DNA from: Candidatus Nanoarchaeia archaeon
GTDB lineage: Archaea; Nanobdellota; Nanobdellia; Woesearchaeales; JANQNC01
Direction: 5' to 3'
Assembly: GCA_028279745.1 (NCBI GenBank)
Contig: JANQNC010000001.1
Location: 1,110,001-1,142,000 of the forward strand
Length of the DNA: 32,000 bases
The first letter of the stretch is position 1; every line of letters begins with the position of its first letter. Below the pieces are notes generated by a model that was not told the origin of the DNA, did no database searches, and worked only from the letters and a program-made list of their open reading frames with translations. Both the position numbers and the translations under genes were made by a program. Below are positions 25,457-32,000 of this stretch, piece by piece.

Positions 25457-25471
25457 TTAGCTAATTAATAT

Positions 25472-25586
25472 GTGGGGATGCCGGAGCGGCCAAACGGGCC
25501 AGAGGAAGAGGTCTATTTGCCTTTTTCGGCCAAGCTTAGGACCTGGTAGCTTAGTGCTTACGGGGGTTCGAATCCTCCTCCCCACA
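25472..25586 (+). tRNA. tRNA-Leu(UAG), class II, with a 31-nt intron; no encoded CCA
   Basis: Hand fold. Acceptor GUGGGGA/UCCCCAC, with discriminator A. D arm CCG(G)...(A)CGG with AGCGGCCAA loop. T arm GGGGG-UUCGAAU-CCUCC. 15-nt variable region. After removing 25503-25533, the anticodon stem is CCAGG/CCUGG and the loop is CUUAGGA (anticodon 25537-25539). Confidence 0.85.
25503..25533 (+). other. tRNA intron at non-canonical position 30/31 with a bulge-helix-bulge fold
   Basis: Central 4-bp helix GGCC (25497-25500) / GGCC (25528-25531). It is flanked by the 3-nt bulges AGA (25501-25503) and AAG (25532-25534). Both junctions fall after the second bulge nucleotide. The intron-internal helix is 8 bp (25504-25511 with 25520-25527). 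Confidence 0.7.
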
Positions 25587-25594
25587 TTTTTTTT
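25587..25594 (+). terminator. T8 run immediately 3' of the tRNA
   Basis: TTTTTTTT follows the discriminator base directly. The thrC ATG is 3 nt further on. Confidence 0.5.
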
Positions 25595-25597
25595 AAA

Positions 25598-27040
25598 ATG
25601 AAACAAATACAATTCCACAGCACAAACAATGATTCTGAACAAGTAGATTTTGAGACAGCACTTCTAAATGGGATGGCATCAGAATATGGATTGTACATGA
25701 TGGCAAGAAAAGACATCCCAAAACTTTCTATCGAGGAGATAAAAGCAATGCAAAAGATGTCTTATGCAGAGATAGCTTTCCAGGTGTTAAACCCTTTCTT
25801 GGGAAATGAGATCCCTGAAGATGAATTAAAAGAATTGCTGAATGATGCATACAGAGAAGACAAAATACCTACAGAAGTACAAAAAGTAACGGATAAGATA
25901 AACATACTGTGGCTAACCAAAGGACCAACATACTCATTCAAAGATTACGCAGCAAGATTCTTCGGAAGAATGTTGAATTACTTCTTAGCAAAAAGAGGAT
26001 TAAAGAGAACAGTTGTTGTTGCAACTAGCGGAGATACTGGAGGGGCAGTAGCAGACGCATTACATGGATTGGATAGTGTCAATAATGTTGTGTTCTTCCC
26101 AAAAGGCTCGATAAGTGCTGAACAACGAAGACAGATGACAACACTCAAAGAAAATGTATACGCTTTTGAAGTCAACGGAGATTTTGATGTTTGTCAAGCA
26201 TTAGCGAAGAATTTACTTGGGGACAAAGATTTTGCCGAGGAGGTGTTTTCGGATTCTGAAAGACTGACATCAGCAAACTCGATAAGCATAGGAAGATTAT
26301 TGCCACAAGCAGTGTATCCATTCTTCGCATACTCAAGAGTTGCAGACGGAGAAGAGGTTGTGATGAGCATCCCATCAGGAAACTTTGGAGACATGATGGG
26401 CACAGTAGTAGCAAAGCAGATGGGATTACCGATATCAAGAATATTATGTGGTGTGAATGAGAACCTAGAGTTCCCTAACTTTTTAGAGAGTGGAAAGTAT
26501 GTAGTGGAAGCATCCAAAAAATCACCCTCGTCAGCTATGATAGTGAGCCATCCAAGTAATCTAGCAAGATTGATCGATTTCTATGGAGGGCACATGTATG
26601 ATGAAAGAGATAATGATGGGAAGGTTGTAAAAGAAGGAGTGATAGACAAAGAACCAAACATAGAAGAGATGAGAAAAGACATATTCTCCGTCGGAGTGAA
26701 TAATGAGCAACACTTCAAAACAATGAAGGAAGTATATGATGATTATGGGGTCGTTTTAGATCCACATGGCGCGGTTGGTTGGAGAGCGTTAGAATTATTT
26801 GATGCTGATGATATCTCAGTTATATATGAAACGGCAGACCCTGGAAAGTTCCCGCTAGATGTAGAGAAAGCGATAGGGATAAAACCTGAGTTGCCTTTAG
26901 GTATGAAAAAACAGGCAGAGATGGACGAAAGAGTATATAATATTGAATCGGGATCAGATCAAACCGATAAAGGTTTGAAATTAAGCGATGAACAGATAAA
27001 AGAAGCTAAACAGAAAATAAAAGAGATCTTTTTAAAATAA
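25598..27040 (+). CDS. thrC: Threonine synthase (long, E. coli/yeast-like class)
   Basis: The N-terminus MKQIQFHSTNNDSEQVDFETALLNG aligns with E. coli MKLYNLKDHNEQVSFAQAVTQG. PLP-lysine motif GPTYSFKDYAARFFG. Confidence 0.9.
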   Translation: MKQIQFHSTNNDSEQVDFETALLNGMASEYGLYMMARKDIPKLSIEEIKAMQKMSYAEIAFQVLNPFLGNEIPEDELKELLNDAYREDKIPTEVQKVTDKINILWLTKGPTYSFKDYAARFFGRMLNYFLAKRGLKRTVVVATSGDTGGAVADALHGLDSVNNVVFFPKGSISAEQRRQMTTLKENVYAFEVNGDFDVCQALAKNLLGDKDFAEEVFSDSERLTSANSISIGRLLPQAVYPFFAYSRVADGEEVVMSIPSGNFGDMMGTVVAKQMGLPISRILCGVNENLEFPNFLESGKYVVEASKKSPSSAMIVSHPSNLARLIDFYGGHMYDERDNDGKVVKEGVIDKEPNIEEMRKDIFSVGVNNEQHFKTMKEVYDDYGVVLDPHGAVGWRALELFDADDISVIYETADPGKFPLDVEKAIGIKPELPLGMKKQAEMDERVYNIESGSDQTDKGLKLSDEQIKEAKQKIKEIFLK

Positions 27041-27526
27041 GATCATTATTCCTATATATTAGTTATATATTAAATGTTTAATCGGGGTATATGTTTTATA
27101 TGTGATTTGCAAAAAAATATCAGATTTTAGTATGATTTTTTGTAAATGGGTCTTTTTGAGTACTTTGGAGTGGTATGGGTCAAATCGCTTCAAGATAAAG
27201 AATTCTTAAGTTTGAGCTAACAGTCGATAACACTTAATAATTTTATATATGAAAATAAATACAAATTTGTGTGCTATAGGATACAAAACTTTATAAATCA
27301 AATTGAGTCATATAGGTGTATGCTAATAGTCATAGCAGTAATTACCGCCGATAACAACGAAGGATTCGAGTGTTGTTAATACTTGTATCCGAGACACACG
27401 CAGAAAAAACGAAAACGTTATAAACGATATGAAATGACTGACAGCAAAAAAGGGGGAAGATGGTTGAGTACTCTTCTCTAATGAACAAAAACAAAAAACA
27501 AACAGTAAACACGGAGGTGTTTAGAT

Positions 27527-30220
27527 ATGAACGTAAAGAAAGCAATAAGTAAGGTAGTTGCTTTAGGAACAGGAGCAGTAATGTTGGGAGCAACACTCGC
27601 AGCAGCACAGCCAAGCCTAGCAAACTACCCAGCACCGTTCGTCGAAAATGGCGTATTCAACGCTGTAATCGGGATCGGAGGCGACAGTAAAGCAATCGAC
27701 AACATGGCAATGACAAACATTGCAACAGGATTGCAAGCTGACACAAGCGGATCATCAAGCGATGGACCTGCTGTAAGTGGAGAAAGTGCAAGTCTTTCAA
27801 GTGGAACTAACAAAGTTTACTTAGGACAAGCATTGAACACAAACGTTGACACATTGACAGATGATGACTTGCCAACAATATTGGCAGACGGAACATTTGA
27901 AGATGACAACGGCGACGAAACAGACTACCAACAATCAATTGTTGTAGGTGCAACACCAGTTCTTGCATTTAGTGATAGTGGATCTGACTTAGATGACCCA
28001 GCTCTATTGTTACAGATGGACGACAATTCTGGAAACCAAAACTACCAATTGAAAGTTAACTTCGATTCAGCAGTCGACTTCAATGATGCTGCATCAGAAG
28101 GAGAAAAACTTCCTCTATTCGGAAGAGAATACACAGTTGGAACAGGCACAGATGCTGACACATTAGTTCTACTAGGTGGAGCTAGAACAGTAAACCTTGC
28201 AGTTGGAGAAACTCTAGAAATTGATTTCGGAGGAGAAGACTATAAGATAACTGTTGTAGGTGTATCAGATGATAACCCAGACACAGCAACAATCACTGTG
28301 AACGGAGATACCGAATCTGTAACACAAGGAAACAGCAAAGAGATCGGTGGTGTAGACATTCTAGCAGACACAGTACAAGCATTCAACACAGAGGCAAACC
28401 CTGGTTATGTTGTACTAAAACTAGGATCTGACGAAATCCAATTGGAAGACACAGACAACGTATTGATGGGAAGTTCAAGAGACGCAGTTGACGGAACACT
28501 AGTAGCATTCGGTGGAACCCCAGACGCTATGACATCATTAACCATCAACGTAGCAGCACTAGACAACGATGCAGACCATTTATTACTGGGTGAAAGCTTC
28601 ACAGACACCGTATTCGGAACAGTGAAAATGACACTAAGTGAGTTAAAGAATGGACCTATGATCGATGGTGAGCAAGACACAAGTTCAGCAAGAGAAGTTA
28701 TTGAATTCAGTAGCGACTCAGGTGGAGCAGCTCTAAGCGTTGTAGCAACAAAAGGTGGAGACACAGCAACACTACCATTCGATGAAGGTGCAGCTCTAGA
28801 AGATGAGGACAGCAACGATATCGAAATAGTAGAAGGTGCACAAATCACTGAAGATGAATACACAGTACTAGTTGCAGGAAACGAACAAGTATTCGTACAA
28901 GCAACAAGAGTTGTGTGTGATAACGGTGGTGGAGACGCAGACGACGATGTAACCCTAAGAGACCAGTTCACAAATGCAGACTACAAGTTAGAAGACAAAG
29001 ACTTGGACGCAGCAAATGACCTGGTAATCAAAGGACAAACATTCAACGTAGACTGTGTAGCAGCTAATACTGTTGTAATAACTTCCGCAGCAAACGATGG
29101 AGACGACGACGGTATCCTAGGAGATACAGATGGAGATACAATCCAAGTATTCCCATACTTTGAGCCTCTATCAGGAAGAGACCACAGGATAGCTATGGTT
29201 GACGAAGCACTAACCGTACCTGCAGCAGGATTTACAGGTCTTGTTAATGGTGCAGACCTAGTACTGGCTCTACCAACAGGAGATCTAAGCATAGACTTTG
29301 CTGACGACGCAGGTGGGGACGACTGTGACCTTACAGGAACTGTAGGCGGAACAACTGTTTTCACAACAGACGGTGCAAGTGATACAGACGAGATCGCTGC
29401 AACTGTTGGCGCTGTTGACTACATCTTAGAGCTTAACATGGCTGTAGATGATGGTGATGCAGATTGTGACGACGAAGCAGGAATGTCTTTCGATGTTGCA
29501 GTAGATAGCGACCAAGACGCAGACGTAGATGGTGAATTACAAGTACCAGGTCTATTATTAGTTGAGGAAGAGGATAACTCTGAATCAGACGCGCAAAACG
29601 CAGTACTGATCCCAACCGCAACTGATGGTGGAAGCGGAGACGAAGAAGTTGGAACACCTGTATTCACAGCAGCAAACAGTGATACAGACACATTCGACGA
29701 CTCTGACTTTGCAGGTTACTTGGACTCATTCGGAACATATGTTCTAGTGGATTCATCTAACAGCGACCACACACTAGCTACAGTAACATTCCCTAACGAG
29801 CAGATGTACGCAGACGTTCTGATCTCAGAAGAGACAGCAACAATTGCAGCATCAAGCAGTGCAGGAGCAATGGGAGCTAGCACAATCAGTGTTGACGCAA
29901 CATTATTCGACTACGAAATTGCAAGTCTGTCAAGCCAGAACACAATTATCGTAGCTGGAGGATGTGTAAACGAGCTAGCAGCTGACTTCATGGGAGTACC
30001 TTACGGTGAGTTCCCTGCATGTGCAGGTGACCTACAAGAAGGTGAAGCTATAATCGCAGTAAAAGAATACGGTGATTACACAGCACTTCTAGCAGCTGGT
30101 TACTCAGGCGACGACACAAGAAGAGCTGGAATCGTTCTACACGACTACACTTCATACCCACTAAGTGGATCTGAAGTAAAAGTTACAGGAACAGATTTCA
30201 CAAACATCGTTGTGGAATAA
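27527..30220 (+). CDS. S-layer protein (MJ0822-like S_layer_N/S_layer_C architecture), highly acidic
   Basis: Signal peptide KKAISKVVALGTGAVMLGATLAAA, followed by YPAPFVENGVFNAVIGIGGDSKAIDNMAMTNIATGL. C-terminal NTIIVAGGCVNELAADF...AGYSGDDTRRAG. Strong SD GGAGGTG, a more G+C-rich codon usage than the neighbours, and a long T-rich terminator region. Confidence 0.75.
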   Translation: MNVKKAISKVVALGTGAVMLGATLAAAQPSLANYPAPFVENGVFNAVIGIGGDSKAIDNMAMTNIATGLQADTSGSSSDGPAVSGESASLSSGTNKVYLGQALNTNVDTLTDDDLPTILADGTFEDDNGDETDYQQSIVVGATPVLAFSDSGSDLDDPALLLQMDDNSGNQNYQLKVNFDSAVDFNDAASEGEKLPLFGREYTVGTGTDADTLVLLGGARTVNLAVGETLEIDFGGEDYKITVVGVSDDNPDTATITVNGDTESVTQGNSKEIGGVDILADTVQAFNTEANPGYVVLKLGSDEIQLEDTDNVLMGSSRDAVDGTLVAFGGTPDAMTSLTINVAALDNDADHLLLGESFTDTVFGTVKMTLSELKNGPMIDGEQDTSSAREVIEFSSDSGGAALSVVATKGGDTATLPFDEGAALEDEDSNDIEIVEGAQITEDEYTVLVAGNEQVFVQATRVVCDNGGGDADDDVTLRDQFTNADYKLEDKDLDAANDLVIKGQTFNVDCVAANTVVITSAANDGDDDGILGDTDGDTIQVFPYFEPLSGRDHRIAMVDEALTVPAAGFTGLVNGADLVLALPTGDLSIDFADDAGGDDCDLTGTVGGTTVFTTDGASDTDEIAATVGAVDYILELNMAVDDGDADCDDEAGMSFDVAVDSDQDADVDGELQVPGLLLVEEEDNSESDAQNAVLIPTATDGGSGDEEVGTPVFTAANSDTDTFDDSDFAGYLDSFGTYVLVDSSNSDHTLATVTFPNEQMYADVLISEETATIAASSSAGAMGASTISVDATLFDYEIASLSSQNTIIVAGGCVNELAADFMGVPYGEFPACAGDLQEGEAIIAVKEYGDYTALLAAGYSGDDTRRAGIVLHDYTSYPLSGSEVKVTGTDFTNIVVE

Positions 30221-30265
30221 AAAGGCTAAAAACCTTTTTTTCTTTTTTTTTCTTTTCTTTTTCTA
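30221..30265 (+). terminator. Weak hairpin (AAAGG-CTAAAAA-CCTTT) plus long T-runs after the S-layer gene
   Basis: cctttttttctttttttttcttttctttttc follows the stop directly. Confidence 0.55.
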
Positions 30266-30372
30266 AATGGCTAACATTTGAAAGAAACTAGTTCTAACTC
30301 TATAATTTACCAAAAAGTATTTAAAAACAAACCCTCCATTAAGTGTAAAAACAAACCTGGGGTGGTTTAAAA

Positions 30373-31254
30373 ATGAGACAAAAATCAATAATATTTACAG
30401 TGCTAGTTCTAGCAACAATTTTATTAGTTGGATGTGGTGAGAAAGAAGCTGAAAAACAAGAAGTGATAGATAAACCAATAGTAGTAACAGACACCGAAGA
30501 AAAAACAGTTGTAGAAGAGCCAAAATGCAAGCTGACAACAACTACAACAGGAAAGACAACAATTTGTTCCAGTGGGTGTGATTATACAACTGTAACGAGT
30601 GCGATAGAGAATGGGTTCACAGACATGATAATAACAGACTGTGGAGAATATGAAGAAAATGTGGTATTCAAAGAAGACGGCACAGTCTTGGATTGTCAAA
30701 GTGCAACAATCAAAGGAGCAAATGTTGGAGATGGAGTATATATGCCAAACGTAGACAATGGGGAACTAAAGAATTGCAAGATAGATGGATTTAACTTTGG
30801 CGTACATCTATTATCATCAAACAACAACAAACTGATGAATAATGATCTAGTAGGAAACAACCAAGGGATGAGGATAAAATTAAGCAGCGATAATCTAGTT
30901 GAAGGAAACACGATAAAAGACAGCAATGATGATGGGATGACTTTAATAACCGCTGCAGAAAATAACATGATAAAGAATAACGAGATATCAGGAAGCTTGC
31001 TTACAGGAATAACCGTGACATCAAACAAAAATACACTAGAAGGAAACACAATAATAAATAATGGAGAAGAAGGAATACATGTACAGGCACAAGATACTGT
31101 GTTAAGAAATAACGTATTAAAAGATAACGACGAGCAAGGATTAACATGCAAGCTAGCAAGAACAATAACCCTAGAAGGAAATGAATGTGAAGGAAATGCA
31201 GAAGGAGCATGTGATGGATGCCCCGCAGACAACTGTAATTCACAGAGCTGTTAA
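30373..31254 (+). CDS. Lipoprotein with right-handed parallel beta-helix (PbH1/NosD-like) repeats and a Cys-rich C-terminus
   Basis: Lipobox LLVGC (MRQKSIIFTVLVLATILLVGCGEK). Repeated N-x-[IL]-x-x-N ladders (NNKLMNNDLVGNNQGM, LVEGNTIKDSNDDGM, NNMIKNNEISGS, TLEGNTIINNGEEG, VLRNNVLKDNDEQG). C-terminal CEGNAEGACDGCPADNCNSQSC. SD GGGGTGGT. Confidence 0.7.
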   Translation: MRQKSIIFTVLVLATILLVGCGEKEAEKQEVIDKPIVVTDTEEKTVVEEPKCKLTTTTTGKTTICSSGCDYTTVTSAIENGFTDMIITDCGEYEENVVFKEDGTVLDCQSATIKGANVGDGVYMPNVDNGELKNCKIDGFNFGVHLLSSNNNKLMNNDLVGNNQGMRIKLSSDNLVEGNTIKDSNDDGMTLITAAENNMIKNNEISGSLLTGITVTSNKNTLEGNTIINNGEEGIHVQAQDTVLRNNVLKDNDEQGLTCKLARTITLEGNECEGNAEGACDGCPADNCNSQSC

Positions 31255-31266
31255 GGAGGTTAAAAA

Positions 31267-31947
31267 ATGAAGAAAATACTAACCATATTGGCATTACTAT
31301 CAGTCTTTTTATTGGTGGGATGCAGTCAAGAACTAATAGAAGAAAAAGAGTACAAAGTAGCTGGAGACGAAGACAAAAAAACAACAGTGACGGTCAAAGA
31401 TGATGATACAAGCGTGAAAACACAAGATGTTGACCAAAGAATAGTGGATGTTTTAGCAAACCAAGAAGATCTCAAAGGGTATTCCTACAAAATAGAACAC
31501 TATGAAAGTGTTGATAGCAACAGAGTGCTTAGATGGACCAAGTTTGCGAAGAAAGGAGATAAGATAAGACAAGAGTATTCAGGAAGGATCTTCTTTAGAG
31601 AAGGAGATGGAGAGGTTTACGAGTTCTTCCCAGGCGGAAAAAACAAGACTAAAAGAGTGCTTGCAAACGTACTTAGAGAAGATACACTCCTACTAAATGT
31701 TGATGAAATGATAAACCCAGAAGTAATCAACTTTAACTGGAATAGACCGCTAGAAGGAATGCTGATAGGGTATGAAGACAGCGCAGGAAATAAATACGAA
31801 ACATACCTATGGAAACATTATGGGTTACCTTTAGAGATAACAAAAACAAAGCTTAATGGGGATGTAGAGTTTGTTAAGTATGTTGACATAGATGCCTCAA
31901 TAAAAGAAGTGGAAGTGACCCTTCCAAACGCGGAGCTGATAGAATAG
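31267..31947 (+). CDS. Hypothetical lipoprotein
   Basis: Lipobox LLVGC (MKKILTILALLSVFLLVGCSQE). SD AGGAGGT. Starts 12 nt after the upstream gene. Confidence 0.65.
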   Translation: MKKILTILALLSVFLLVGCSQELIEEKEYKVAGDEDKKTTVTVKDDDTSVKTQDVDQRIVDVLANQEDLKGYSYKIEHYESVDSNRVLRWTKFAKKGDKIRQEYSGRIFFREGDGEVYEFFPGGKNKTKRVLANVLREDTLLLNVDEMINPEVINFNWNRPLEGMLIGYEDSAGNKYETYLWKHYGLPLEITKTKLNGDVEFVKYVDIDASIKEVEVTLPNAELIE

Positions 31948-32000
31948 CTCTTTTTTATTATTTTTCTTTCTTATTCATCCTTGTCTCTGCCAAAACAGAC

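Noticed and set aside
25457-25642. 61-aa minus-strand ORF
   Set aside because: It covers the tRNA-Leu gene and the thrC start, so it is not coding.
27352-27378. Inverted repeat containing GGATTCGAG, which looked like a possible tRNA T-arm
   Set aside because: The loop is 13 nt rather than 7, and no acceptor or D arm can be built on either strand. I kept it only as a leader hairpin.
28405-29691. Minus-strand ORFs (28405..28971, 28981..29364, 29419..29691, 29433..29657) inside the S-layer gene
   Set aside because: They are S/T/A/P-rich antisense translations of a G+C-richer, acidic gene. They have no SD or promoter, and the plus-strand product has recognisable S-layer termini.
31971-32000. 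Possible 3' end of a minus-strand gene (…VCFGRDKDE-stop) running off the window
   Set aside because: Only nine codons are visible, which is too little to support a call.
1-32000. Scan for CRISPR arrays, rRNA genes, transposases or IS elements, and further tRNAs (GTTCGAATC / GGATTCGAAC-type T-loops on both strands)
   Set aside because: I saw no regularly spaced direct repeats, no rRNA-like GC-rich stretches, no transposase motifs and no second T-arm with a matching acceptor stem.

Overview
AT-rich, very gene-dense window with about 36 genes. Several convergent gene pairs abut or overlap at their stop codons. The informational genes are archaeal: aIF-1A, ribosomal proteins S8e and L37e, an Sm-like protein, an ATP-dependent DNA ligase, a BHB-intron tRNA, TATA-box or leaderless promoters, and a Methanococcales-type S-layer protein. 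The small-genome style and the many bacterial-type accessory genes suggest a DPANN-like archaeon (inference only). These accessory genes are LspA, SppA, RadC, an MnmC-like methyltransferase and a possible HPF-like protein. Main blocks, in order: (1) divergent AbrB-PhoU paralogs and a DNA ligase with a zinc-ribbon insertion; (2) a nitroreductase and an 812-aa cysteine-rich repeat surface protein; (3) phosphomannomutase/phosphoglucomutase (PMM/PGM), then a DHH phosphoesterase plus MnmC-like methyltransferase operon; (4) a pyrF-pyrD-pyrK-pyrC operon headed by an unknown gene; (5) a wHTH regulator, a small ORF and RadC; (6) a translationally coupled envelope operon (SppA, membrane protein, 827-aa DUF11/CARDB-like protein, Pro-rich coiled-coil protein) followed by LspA; (7) aIF1A and the S8e-Sm-L37e cluster; (8) a free-standing LAGLIDADG endonuclease packed against tRNA-Leu(UAG), which carries a non-canonical 31-nt intron, and against thrC; (9) an S-layer gene followed by two LLVGC-lipobox lipoproteins. 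The most unusual non-coding signal is a four-copy intergenic hairpin family with a conserved pyrimidine-rich loop and covarying stems. I found no CRISPR array, rRNA or transposase.
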